A stretch of DNA of 64,000 bases, from contig JAQFVV010000002.1 in the NCBI GenBank assembly GCA_028023455.1, forward strand, positions 13,578,001 through 13,642,000, read 5' to 3'. Positions 24,067 to 37,800 of the stretch are shown here, piece after piece (the first letter of the stretch is position 1; the number at the start of each line of letters is the position of its first letter). Source of the DNA: Epiperipatus broadwayi. Its lineage: Eukaryota > Animalia > Onychophora. The notes under the pieces are model-generated. The model made no database searches. It saw only the letters and a list, made by a program, of their open reading frames with translations, and was not told the DNA's origin. The position numbers and the translations under genes were made by a program.

Positions 24067-26945
24067 CACTCATGTCAAACTTAAAGGTTACACAGGGCCA
24101 AATAAACAAGGTTTAAGTTTATTTGGGCTGCAAAAAAACAAAAACTTCAATGTTCATATATTTCGAAAAGTATAATGTAAAAAAAAAAGAACAACGATAA
24201 AATTAATATTTTCTTCGTGGCATTTGGCATCTCTTCTCTATTATCTTTCTTACTTTGGGAGAAATCTTATTTTCAAAACTGACCCAAGGTGAATGTCAGT
24301 AATTCTGGATCTGACAGGAGACTAATTTTCTTTCATAACTGCTCTCACCGATAAGTACTTCCAAACATGGAAATAATTTCATATGTGAATTTTCGAGTAT
24401 TTTCAAACTTGGCAGGCAGGCCAGTTCCATTAAGGAAATAATTGTGTTTTACGCAGTGGATGAAATGCAACCTGGCGGCACAAACGACTTGCCTTAATAA
24501 AAAATTTAAATCAATAAATAATCAAAAAAATGATTTAAAAAAAAAAGAATGATCTGTAAACTGATTATTTTATTTTATCATAGGTGTTATGCAGACTAAG
24601 TCGATGATTATGTGTCTATGCAGTTTTTGATACAGAAAAATGTATTATACTTGGAAACGTTTCGTCAGCACTTTTATTAGCCATACGTATACGTCTAATT
24701 AACTAACATCAGAAATTTACGCCATTGTTGAAAGCCATTTAGCAATTAATTCATTAATTAACCTTACCCTAGTATTAAATCAATCTCATAATTCAAACTC
24801 ATATGCATAGGATATACATTGCAATTAAAAAATAGAAAGTTGTCATTTACATTTTGCTTTTTTCTTTCTTAAAAGTGTATAACAAAAAAATTATATTAAA
24901 AGAAAATAACGATACAAATCTGTTTTAAAATAAATTTTTATATTATATATTATATAAAATTTTCGATTTATTATTATTTTTTGGAAGGACAGCAATATAA
25001 TTTTTCATCTGAGACTGTTGCCAGATAAATATAAACTCCAGGCAGCCAACTTCACTGAATTTTGCCTTCAAATCTGAATAGCACTGAATCTCAATTATCT
25101 CTATTTGCATTTGATTAGTACTGATTCTATATTTATTAAAAAAATCAAAGAGCACAAAGAAAACTTTTCCAAAAATTTTAAATCTGCAAACTTTGTTTCA
25201 AATTTAGTTTTAAGGCTTAAAATGTTTTGTGCATATTTTTGATATGATGCAGTTTCACCTAAACTTGAGTTGTTTATGTTAGAAAGTGTGTTAAATCTCT
25301 TTTCCCAAAGAACTAGTTTACATTTGAATGCTTTAACTTGGTCACACATCTTCATAATGATCTGATCTTTTCCTTACAGTTTTAACTTTAAATTGTATAG
25401 GTGTTTTGTTATATCATTGATAAATCTTGCAACCGTACTGTATCAAAAAACAAGTTTGTGTCTTGATTTTTAGTTATTAAGAACTAACATATTTTTTCTT
25501 TCAAGTCTCAGAATTGTTTAAGAGGATAGCCAACATATCTATTATAATAGGACAAAGGTGAATATTCTCTGTCTAATTCACTTAAGAATGCAGAGAATTA
25601 TCACTGATTTAAACTTCAAGGTCTTATGAAATTGATGATTTTTTTGATAGATGTCAACACATTTTTCATGTTTATTATCCTCACGTATAAGACTTATTGG
25701 TGTATAATGCAGTGGATACGTCATAAATTTCACTTTTTTTTTTTTTATGGTAATGCCATAAAACCATTTTTTCTGGTCATCAACAGGGCTTCATCTGTAG
25801 CTACAGAAGATAATTTTGATATAGGTAGATTGTATTTTTGCAGAAGTTCAAAAGCAATCTTGTCCTGTACTTGTTCCAATAATTCCTAAAAAATATTGAA
25901 ATATGTGGAGCTAATTGAGCTATGCCTCCAGTGTCCATACTTTCATCACAGGCAATAGAAAAAGCTTCAAAAATCATTATGATTTTGATTTGATCTGAAT
26001 ACTTAAATTGGTGCCAAATCAGTAACTCTTTCCGCAACTTTATTTTGAGATTTAGAGATTGCTTAAAAAACCTTCACATTTCCAGGACAAACAATTTCTG
26101 CAGCTTTAATTAGACATTTCTTGATGAAATAACCTTTAGTAAAAGATTTTGAGTGTTTAATTATCAACTTCGATAAGACAGCTTGCATGCACCACCACTT
26201 CATTTTCCTGTGATGCTGTAGAAAACGAGCTGTTGTTTTTTCAGTCCCAATTTGAGCTCTTTCAACTTTTCTAGTCTCATTAATTTTTCTTAATTATATT
26301 TTGATGTTCATAGTCACAATTAATGTATAACTTTGGTGCACTAATAGCATTATTACATATTAAGCAGATTATTTTATTTTTTACTTCACAAAAATAGTTC
26401 AATTCCTACTTTCCTTGAAAATTTTGATGTTCATCAGCAATTTTTGGTTTATTTTTACTGCTACTTCATTTTGATGGAGATATGTAAAATACAAAGGGCT
26501 GAAATAAATGTGTGATTGTTAACATAAAGTAATAGAATATTTTAATAAAAATTAGCATTTTTTCTTGAACATTAACCTACAGATACTGAATAATTGCACA
26601 AATTAATAAGCATAACATAAATAAACCTTGTTTTCTTTTTCTCTGAAAGCAAAATATTTCCTGTTATGCCATAAAAATCAGTAAAAAGACTAATGACATG
26701 GCATTGGCACATGATATGAGATATATAATACAGCTGCTAAAATATTTGCTGCTAGTATTAGTAAGAAGAAATGATATGCCTGCACACGTAAGGTGCATAA
26801 GAGAAATGAATGCAACACGATTATAGTAATCAGTCATTGGTGAATGTTATAGTCTGTTACTAAGAATTATATATAACAGGATATTGTAAAAATTAATATC
26901 TGAAATTTTTATTAGGCTGCAAAAATATTCATTATAACATGCTTG
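24067..26945 (-). mobile_element. Near full-length degenerate hAT (Buster/Charlie, GTF2IRD2-like transposase) DNA transposon
   Basis: Decayed TIRs cactcatgtcaaa / rc caagcatgttata; 8-bp TSD aggtaatt (24059-66) / agataatt (26946-53); transposase remnants YFCEVKNKIICLIC, FSIACDESMDTGGIAQL, VKAFKCKLVLWE, IEIQCYSDLKAKF, SMFGSTY, RSRITDIHL. Confidence 0.88.
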
Positions 26946-29900
26946 AGATAATTTATTGAATAATAATAAAAAAATCATAGTTGATAATGTTTATGACATA
27001 GGTTTTTTTTCCTATTGATTTTAGAACTAGTATACTATCTTTTAAATATATATTGCTCAGATTTGATTTTTTTTTTTTTTAACAGGAAGTATTTATATAA
27101 TAATATTTGATTTAATGTAATTATAAGCATAATATATTTAACCTAACTGTTTACAGTAAGGTAATTATTTCACAAATAATTTCAATATGTGTGTGTTTAT
27201 TTCCATGTGGTTATATAGTTTTGATTGTAGGAGTTGAGGTTTTTTTTCCAGAGCTGCAAATATATCAATATATTACATTATTATGTTACAATTATTTAAA
27301 ATTATCTATATATATTAATTTTGTTGTATGTGTTTAGAATAAATTTATATATTTGCGTATTTTCTTCTTTGAAAAAGTTCTGTTGTACAGTTGATATGAA
27401 TAACCTAGATTTAAAGTTGATTTATTATTTGTATTTAATATATAACCAGTGCAAAAAAAAAAAAAGATAATGGAAAAATTGGATTTTGTCCTTTCATTTT
27501 TTCCTAAGATCATTATATAGTTTTCACAATTCTAGTATATACAGTACTTTGTTACACAAAATTTCAAACATAATCTTCGTAAAAGCTTACCAAAATAATT
27601 CCCATATTCATGAAATTTATTGACATTTCATATACTGGGAATGAAGCTTGGTATAAAATTAAGTAATACTATAATCATTTTACGGTTTTTAATAAAATAT
27701 TAATTTTACTCTGTCTTAAAATAACAATAACATAATAAATTGTTGTCAAAAAAATTTAGCGATCTTTCATTCAAGACTAGAAGGTACTTACTCAATAAAA
27801 TCCTTGAAAATAGTTTTGCTGTGGTAGATAGCTGTGTTTTTCTATGATTATAATTGTAATATTTAGAGATGCTCTTGAGATCAGATAGCAGTTCTTCATA
27901 GATCTTTAAAATTTTAAATATTTTTGAAACTATGATGGTGATATGTTTTTTTAAAAAACCTCTAATAATTCCATTAAAACCAACTTTTGTTTTTAAGATT
28001 ACAAAGAGCTATGGTGTAAGATGCATTGATAAAAACAAAAAATTTGCAAATTCCAAAGAACTGTTTTAATTTCATTATTCTGGATATATCACAAAATGTT
28101 ATGCCAACTCATCTCTTTAAATTCATATACTTCTTAAGAATTTGCACATTAATTTGTTTCAGCCAGGAGAGAATGTCACTTTTTAATCAAGTCAATGATA
28201 ATATGTCATTATCAGAGAAGAAATCAAGATTTTTCTATTTTTCTTATCAATATATTTAATATTTAAAATTGTATCTATTTTTTAATGCCAGTATCACTTT
28301 AACTTGATGAATCTGTGATCTATCAAATCTGAATCTAAAACTGCTTGTGTAATATTTACTTATTTTATAGTCTAATTCCTAAATCTATAGAATGGCACAG
28401 TTTTGAGAATTAATGCATTCAAGTTTTTTTAAAGAAATTTAAGCTATAGTTGAATATTTCTATCAAAAATTGGCACGAAAGTTTTGTTACTAATTTTTGA
28501 TATTAATGGAATAATATTTTCCAACAATGAATAAAGCTTTTTTTCTCTGAACTTGCAAAATCTAACATTGGAGATATGATATTCATAATGATTAAATGGG
28601 CATAGGTAGCATTGCATAAAGCAATTATTTTAATACTAGCTTTTTGTTGATACAACAACTAGGAATTTTGCCAACAAAATATCACATCACTTTCTGCTTG
28701 TGTGTAATGTATTTTCAAATAGGGAATATTTTGATGTTTTCTTTATTTAAAATACCCTAACCAAATTTTAAAGAAGCTTATAGTTACACAGCTTTGGATT
28801 CAAAATCTTAAGGATTTTTTTTTTTAATTTCTTGTGAGTAAAAAGGTAGCTAAAGATTGCTAGATACAGAAGTATATCAGTTTTAGCTTTAAACTAAAAG
28901 ATCTCATTAATGAAAACTAGAAATTATATGGAGTGTGTGGATATAATAGCAGTATCTTCTAGTGTCCATTGATTACTCAAACTTATAATCATTGAGTATG
29001 GAATAAAGAGAAAATAACTGGATTTAGGAATTCCATATAATGAAGACGTCTTTCTATTTAAGTAAATTTTTTCTGTGAGATAAGATTCATTATAGCAATA
29101 TCCATCTAGAACTTTAATAATTTTTTAACTACAAGTGCTCTTCCATTTTCAAGTCTTAATATTTCCAAATCAAGTAAAATACATATATTCCATTTAGAAA
29201 GACAATGATTTACTTTGTTATCATCACTACCTTCTATACTGGACGTTATATTGGAACTTTCAAACATCTTAATAAGCAATCCTCCCTATTTGATCATCTA
29301 ACCAAATTTTATGAGTGTCTATTTTTAAGCTTTCTTTTCTAAATCCTTCCACATTTGCGGTGGGGAGGGGGTTAAAATAGGACTACCCAAAGTTAGACAT
29401 TTTCCAAATGAATATTTCCATTTTCATAGCTTTTTATGTAAGGTCGCGATTCCTATTCTCCTAAAGGATTCCTATTCTCCTAAACTCGTTTTCATCACTG
29501 GTTTTTCAATACTAAAACTGAAGATATGATATTTAAAAAAAAAAAGATTGGAGTAAGAATTACTGTTCCTGTAATTAAAAATAGACATTTAATGCAGACA
29601 GACTATCAAAATTTATTTGAAAGCATACAAAAATGAGATAGAAAGGGCTGCTTGAATCAGAAATACCAAATCGTACTCTATAATGAAAGTGAAAATATTC
29701 ATAATTGATCCTATTTATAGATGCAGTTTTTAATATGGAAATTAATAAAAAAAACAATGGTATTTATGGTCTAACTTTTTTCCTCTTCTGAAAGTAGTAA
29801 TGAATGTCTAGTAGGATGCTATTGTCAGTTTTGTAAGTTTATGAGAAAAGTATCTAAATTTAAAAAGAGTCACATTACTGGTGCTCATTGACTAGAGTTT

Positions 29901-30726
29901 CTGTCCAAAACTTCTAAACTATATAATATTTTAAAGAGGGGAAAATAAAAACTCTTTAAACCAATTATGATCAGAATTCAATGTTTATGTTATAAAGAAT
30001 TAAAAAAAAATACAAACTATTGGGGAACAAATTATATTGATCAACACAGATTTGCAAATAAAACTTTTATAGATGACCTGTTTTATGATGAGAATGCTAT
30101 ATTGCTGAATTTATGATGTTAGAAATATAAAATCTGCATAATGCTCGACTAGAAGTTCATCTCATGCTTATAGACTTAATTTTTTATACTATTCCCAACC
30201 ACAACATTTTCACCTGGTAATTATCAAAAGATGCATGTTGGCTTGATTTCTCTCAACTATGAAACATTGTGGAATGTCATGATTTGAACTCCGTACCATG
30301 TTATTCTTGTCCAATCATTACTGTTTGGACAATCACAGGCCAAGAGTATTTGATTTTTTTTAGCAGATCAGGTTCATCCAAATAATCCCAGGATGCAAAT
30401 ATTGTTTCCGGGCATTGCCATTTTTTAAGATGATAATTCTATAGCCAGCTAAGTAAAATATTTGAAGATGAAGTAGCAAATTTCTCGCAGACTATTCTTG
30501 AATAAATAAGATATTGATATCTTTTGAAGAACTTCAAGACTTAAAATAGTGGCTTAATATTTCTCTAGATATTTACTGCACATATATAGGTTTCTTTTTT
30601 TATTAATTTGATGGCTTTAGATCACATTATAACAGTGTCATTATTGTGTCAACTGTCACAATTGTTCCCATTATTGTGTCTAATCTAACAATTATTTATA
30701 AATAAATATGCTACATATTAATAAAG

Positions 30727-31062
30727 TAGCAAACACCATTCAGTAGTTCCACCCAGTGCAAGCCTTAGTAATTAATGGATACAAGAAGGTTTGTGCATAA
30801 AATGCTTATCTAGTGCCTACACATACAATAATCCAAGACTAATTTCTACCTTGTGAATTTTATCAGTGAGGAGCCTTGGATTTGATGAAAGCCACAAGCT
30901 AGAAACTAGTTTGGGGATAATGGATGAGTAGGCACTAGATAAGGATTTTATGCACAAACCTTTTTGCATCAGTTGATTACTAAGGCTTGCATTGGCACTA
31001 CTGTATAGATAGTTTGCTATTGCATTTACAGCTTGTGTAGGCATAGGAAATGGTGCTCATGT
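30727..31062. mobile_element. FamA fold-back with essentially no spacer
   Basis: Minus arm 30727-30880, plus arm from 30882 (starting at the ttgatga core) to 31019, tail to about 31062; the minus arm retains GAAA-UUA-GUC, the plus arm GAAAC-UA-GUU. Confidence 0.85.
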
Positions 31063-31608
31063 TATATTATTTACATATTGGTAGTGAAAAGTATTATTAC
31101 TGAAATAGAACACAATGCTTTGGGGGAGATTTTGTATGTGTATGTATATATTCATAGTTATAGTAAAAATGAATATATATTTTTGTTCTACATTATATAT
31201 TAAAGCTTAATTTTAATCAGCTTTGAAAAATATAAATAAAGTTTTTGTTTTTGAGACATTGGATAAAGTTTGTTGTAAGAATTAATTCTCTTATAAACTC
31301 ATAAGTAGTTAAGAATTAAAATGTATGTCCAAAGTGATAAAGAAATTAGAATGAGAGGTGTATAACTAAATGTGCTTTATCTATGTTAGAATGTTATTTT
31401 GGGATCCTCTAATTTCAGAATTAAAAGGTTTGTTAAATGCTTAAGAATTAAACACATTGTGCCCAATATTGCTGAGAAATTAGAATGAGAATTGCATAGT
31501 TAAGTATAAAATATTTATTATTTATCATAATTATATATTTCATATATTTAATAGCGAGATCAATTTTCTTCATCTTCTAGATTACTTATGTTTTTGTTCT
31601 CACATCAG

Positions 31609-31776
31609 GTACTCGTATAATATATGATCGTGCATTTCTGTTGCAAATGCGCAATTCCCCTATTGCCAGAACTCCACCTAAGAATCTACCATATATTCCC
31701 GGTGTAACTAGTCCAGATCGCTCAAAAGAAAATGGAGAAGTTCCCCGAAAAGTCGCAGAAAAAGAAAAGAATTCTG
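31609..31776 (+). CDS. EIF4EBP: 4E-BP exon 2
   Basis: Acceptor catcag|; (G)[55 protein letters not shown] with eIF4E-binding YxxxxLL, SP and TP sites; 168 nt, phase 1/1; donor g|gtatgt. Confidence 0.97.
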
Positions 31777-31836
31777 GTATGTAACTTATATGTATCGTTA
31801 TGTTATAACTGTCTTTCTTATTGCATTGCCAAATCC

Positions 31837-34800
31837 ATATAATATTAATTATCTATGTTCTTTATTATTGTTTCACAATGTTTTTTTTTTACAATCCATT
31901 ATGACAGTTTCGATTGCCCAATACAAATATACATGAACATATAATTTTATATATATATATATATAAATTATATTCCATAATCATTATTTATATACCTACA
32001 TATATCTTTATATACCTCTGTTCAATAAATTTGTTTTCATTATGGAAGGTGATCTGGCTATAAATAGTCAGTTCATCTGGGAATGAAATCAGATAAGAGC
32101 AATTTACTGTCAGACCGTAATGGCACTATGCATGTTGTCCATTAAATGATTTTACCATTTCATTTTCTATATTTATCAATTAATACTTCCTATAATCATA
32201 TGTATGTATTATTTTTATTTTATTCTTATTAGTCTTTTAATATTTAACTCTAACATTATATTTTTATATTTTACATTTTTATTATTCACAATATTATTTT
32301 TTTTAACTTATTTTTTATACCTGCCTTCTACTTATATTTTCAAACCTTAACTGCTAAATTCAACATTTAAATTTTACAGTTATACATTAGTAGCTTACTC
32401 TTTCTATTTTTTATATAACTAAATCTTTTTTTTTATGTCAAAATTTTCTTTAGGTCCAAATCTCTATTTAATACTGGTTTAATATCATTAATATAAATAG
32501 CTTCTTTTATTTTCCTATCCTATTTATTATTTGTATCATCTTTATACAATACTTTCCAAATGTATGTAAATATATCGATGAATTTTTATTATATTTATGT
32601 TGTAATAGTTTTCTACATATTGAATTCTTTGTTCTCTACATAATTTACCTTTAGATTATTAATTTGACACTTTTTACAATAAATTTTATATCCATTTATT
32701 TCACTATCTGAATTTTTATTATAATTATTAATATACTTATTTTCTAAAATACTAATGATATTTTTTATGAACTATTCTAACATTTATTATATTATCAAAT
32801 TTTTTATTAATTTTATCTATAACTATTTAAATTTTTAACTACAATAGTTATTTCCTGTCTTTATACTATATAATATTATTTATTACTACTTTCTTCTTCT
32901 TTATTATTATTTATATAATCCATTGTATTTTCTATTAACCTAATATTATCATTTGTAAATTTATTTGGATAATCATTATTTATAAATTTTTTTATTAAAT
33001 CTATTTGTTTAACATAATCTTTTTTACTTGAACAACAATTTACTGCTCTATGAATTCTAGAATGTATTCTACTTATTTTATATTTATATTTGAGTGTCAA
33101 TTAGTTTTATTATTGTCTATATTACTTTTCTTATGAATTGATGTTTCAATTCTACATTTCCCTTCTTCATATGACTTAATCAACTTTATATCTAAATATG
33201 TCAATATATTATTAAAATATATGTAGATGATTATTTATTGATATTTAATAAAACACAAAGACATTTGTTTATAGAGAATATTAATAGGATTGATAAAAAT
33301 ATTAAATTTACTGTAGAAAAAGATGAGAATAATATACTGACATATTTAGATATAAAGTTGATTAAGTCATATGAAGAAGGAAATATAAGATTGAAACATC
33401 AATTCATAAGAAAAGTAGTATAGATAATAATATAACTAACTGGCACTCAAATATAATTCATAGAACAGTAAATTATTGTTCAAGTAAAGAAGATTATGTT
33501 AAACAAATAGATTTAATAAAAGAATTTATAAATAATAATTATCCAAATAAATTTATGAATGATAATATTAGGTTAATAAAAAGTACGACAGATTATATAA
33601 ATAATGATAAAGAAGAAAAAGTAGTAATAAAGTTATAGATAAAATTAATAAGAAATTTAATAATATAATAAATGTTAGAATAGTTCATAAAAAATTTAAA
33701 AATTAGTATTTTAGAAAATAAGTATATTAATAATTATAATAAAAATTCAGATAATGAAATAAATGGATATGAAATTAATTGTAAAAAGTGTCAAATTAAT
33801 AATCGAAAAGTAAATTACATAGGAGAACAAAGAATTCAATATATAGAAGACTATTACATATAAATATGATAAAAATTCACCGATATATTTACATACATTA
33901 GAGACAGGGCATGAGTTTGGAAAGGATTGTATAAAGATGATACAATTTACAAGTAATAAAAGGGATAGGAAAATAAAAGAAGCTATTCATATTATTGATA
34001 TTAAGCTAGTATTAAATAGAGATTTGGGCCTAAAGAAAATTTTGATATAAATATAAAAAAAAAAGATTTAGTTATACAAAAGTAGAAAGAGGGAGCTACT
34101 AAAGTATAACTGTAAAATTTAAAGTTTGGATTTAGCAGTTAAGGCAGCGTTCCCCAACCTTTTTGCACTTAAGAGCACATTCTATAATACCGGCCAGGTG
34201 GCAGGCACCATTTATTTTTTCAATGTAAATTTATAGTAGGATATTGTTAATGATAGACTCTTTTACACTGTAAAAGTATAGTATGACCTACAATTTGATT
34301 ACAATATAATACAATAATTTATAAGAAATCTTAAAAATTAAATTTATTTGTATCAGATAAACAATTTTTTTATAGTGTTCGGATAGCGGCGGGCCCACGT
34401 AAAATGGTCTGCGGGCGCCATAGTGCTCGCGGGCATAGGGTTGGGGACCCCTGAGTTAAGGTTTGGAAATATAAGTAGAAGGTAGATATAAAAAATAAGT
34501 TAAATATAATAATGTAAAATATGAAAGTATGAAGATATAATATTAGAGTTAAATATTAAAAGGTTAATAAGAATAAAATAAAAAATAAACAAAATAAAAA
34601 TAATACATATATATGATTATAGGAAGTATTAATTGACAAATATAGAATATGAAAAGAGTAAAATGTATAATATATAAAAAGGTAATAATTATATAGAGAG
34701 GTATATAAAAATATATGTGGTATATAAATAATGATTATGGGATAGAATTTATGTATATTTGTATTCTGTTTGTTAAAGTTCTAGTTCTGAAGAAGATTGC

Positions 34801-34883
34801 TGGGGCAACTGAAATTATCATAGTGGGTTGTAAAAACAGCATTGTGAAGCAGTAATAAAGGACATAGATGATTAATATTATAT
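31837..34883. mobile_element. Penelope-like retroelement remnant in inverted (fold-back) configuration
   Basis: Plus copy 33212-34883 has RT YVDD (33220-33231), IKFTVEKDENNILTYLDI, a GIY-YIG-type GYEINCKKC...YIGE and H...GHEF...IKEAIHI; minus copy 31837-33210 is its reverse complement; HHR-like ctgaagaagattgc..gcaa..gaaa near 34788. Confidence 0.9.
34145..34453. mobile_element. hAT MITE (309 bp) inserted in the Penelope right arm
   Basis: TIRs cagcgttccccaacc / ggttggggacccctg; perfect 8-bp TSD agttaagg (34137-44, 34454-61). Confidence 0.95.
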
Positions 34884-37800
34884 TGTTGTATTAGTTAAGT
34901 AAAAAATAATTTTTTTAAGGAAATGTGATGGTATGGTATATATTTTGTAATGCACATATAATTATTCTATATATTTGCTCGCAAAATTGCAGTTGGAAAT
35001 CTATAAATATTTTTGTACTGTTATGAAATAAAATTATGTTAGGTTATTAGAACATGAAAACTAGAACTTTATTTTTATATTTATTAATAAAAGATACTGA
35101 CTACTCCTTTTTTTTTTTTCCTCAATCAATTTTTGGCCATAGTTTTGATCTCTCCATGGCTGATATAGTCTGTTCAGAGTGCGACGATAGAAGGAGAAAG
35201 GTTTAAGAAGGCTTTATCAATTGTCAAGCATATCAAAGCCATTAATAAAATGGAGTCTAGCACTCCTCTATCTAAAAAATGGTATACCCCCTGCGTATAT
35301 TCATTCTGATCCCTTTAATATTTAAATTCGATGTTATTTGTGGAATGTAATTCCTGATTCGTTTCATTTTGCTGTGCTTATGATATCTGCTTGTATCAAA
35401 AGTACTTAGTGTTGATAAATCTTTTCATAATTTTAACCTGTTTTGTTGTTAAATATCATAACATTTACTTTTCATTACGTTGATATTATATATATTTTGT
35501 CAAGACGAATGTTCTATTTTGAAACTATGGATAATGTTTACCAGATATTGAAAATTCAATATTTCAGAACATTAGTTTAACTGAAAAGGATCGTGATATA
35601 GCTTCGGGCTAGTTATTAAAAATTTGCTACAATCCAGGAAAAATTAACTTTTTTTTTATAACTGACATTCTTAAATAATTGGTGAAACTAATGTAATAAA
35701 ATTATTTGATTTTATGAAATATTTCTCAATATACACCTTAGGAATACTCCAAAGTTGTTTCTTTTATTTGGACATTAACTAAAAAAAAATAATCAGAATT
35801 GAAAGATATACGAATCAATTTCAAAAAGTGTTATTAAAACATTGGGAATTAAATGAAAATTGTATATTTAACGGTTGGTTACCAATTTTAAGAAGTGGAA
35901 TAAAGATATTACTGAATCATTTAGATAAATCTAAATAGTCACTGAAATAAATTAATAACCTTTACTTTTTGAAGAATTTATTTAACAGAATATGTTTCCC
36001 TACAATTAACTACACTTCTCTAAACACTTCTTTAGGGCATAAGTGTACTATTACTAGATTCAATATCAAAATTATTTTTAAATAAAATCAGAAAAATGGT
36101 CATGGGATAACACCACCCCTTAACTTTTATTTTTTCTAATTTTGTATTAAATTAATAATAAAAGGTTACAGTTTTTAGGTTGAATACCATTATTTCTGAA
36201 ATCTACATGTTAGAAAACTTTTAATATTTAAATATATTGCAAAACTATAACATAAAGACATTGATTTTTTGGAGTGCAATCCTTTAAGAAAAAGTAGATT
36301 TTTTTTTTTTTTTACAAAAAAACTTCAAATTAAAGCATATTTAATCGTATACTATATGAATACCTATAATACACACTGTTTCTCAATTGTGCATGACATA
36401 TAAAAGCAAAAGTTGAGGAGTTTTTATGCTAAACTTTTATCTTCAAAACAAAATATAACACCATTTAAAAGCAAATATATGCACAAAACACAATATACAT
36501 AAACTTACCAGTAACATCTCTTGACTTTATCATGTATTTCCTAAAGCAAATCTCTTTATTCCACTATAGAAATATCTATTGTAAGCTTGAATAATCAAAG
36601 GATAGCAGATGGTATAATGCTACATTATCCACATTCTCATACTTTCATCAGGGAGGATTTAGAATTTAAAGTTGGCACTAGTGTATTTTTGCATCTAACA
36701 GGCATGTTTTACTTTTTTTATACTATTTAATTAAGTTAATATGCAGAAATTAAAAAAATCCCTAAGATTTTTAACTCAAGCTAATTCATTAATATAGAAA
36801 CTGCCTGAGGATATAGTCATTATAGCAAAATACTAATTTAGTGTTTTAATTACTCAGTCTTACAATAGATGGCTCTAAAGTAGCAGAAACAGTTGACTGG
36901 TAAAAAAATCACATCACTTTATTTGTTGTGTGTATTCGGCTATGAAGCTGACTACCAACAATTACCACAAAATTATAAATTACCAAAACATTATTAATAA
37001 CCATTAAATATATTTATTTACATATTATACATACACATAAATTAAGGTTTAACTGAATAGCAATAATCTTGGCTTTTTTACACATATAACAAAATAATCC
37101 TTGATTTAAAATTCTATCTTCACTGCCCATATTACCACTGACTAACTGATCCTGCCACTATAGTAGTGGTAACATTAAGTGAATATTAAAGTTTATACTC
37201 ACAGTTATTTTAGAAAACACAATCCTATTTGGGCCTTTTCAGGCGTATGTAAATAATAAAAGACCAATGCGGTCTATTAACACTTTCCCTAGCCGGCTAT
37301 CTTTAACCTTCAGAGGCACAGGCTCTGGGACACATCCATCATTGCAGAAAAGTCAAAGTACTTTTTCCCTCGGCTTTTCTCAAAGTCCGTATGACATCCA
37401 CAACACAGCAACAATAGCAGCTTACAATGACTGGGGAAAAGAGGACCACGGCTTTCTCTTTAGTGTGCATTATTTATACTCTTTTTTCCCTTGCTCGATA
37501 TCCTTAATAAATTCCTAACATCCTAATGTAACTGTACTTCCATTTGGTTAATGCATCTTTACAATAATGATTAGGATCCAGCTTTTAATTACATCCGTTC
37601 ACATTCTCTAGTAATTAGGTTCAAATATTTTATCCATTTGTTTGCTTCTAAAATTAGTTTAATGTTTGATTTTAAACAATATACAGTTTTTTTCTTTCTC
37701 TTAAAACCATTAGTTAAATCCACTCTTGTAATTAACAATTTGGTTTATCTTTCAGCAATGTTTTGTAGAATGCTTTTAGCCTATGATCTTTGTCTATTTA

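Noticed and set aside
24640-24715. Minus-strand ctgatg...gctgacgaaacgtttc resembling a hammerhead
   Set aside because: The core lacks the conserved GA after CUGAU and there is no helix I.
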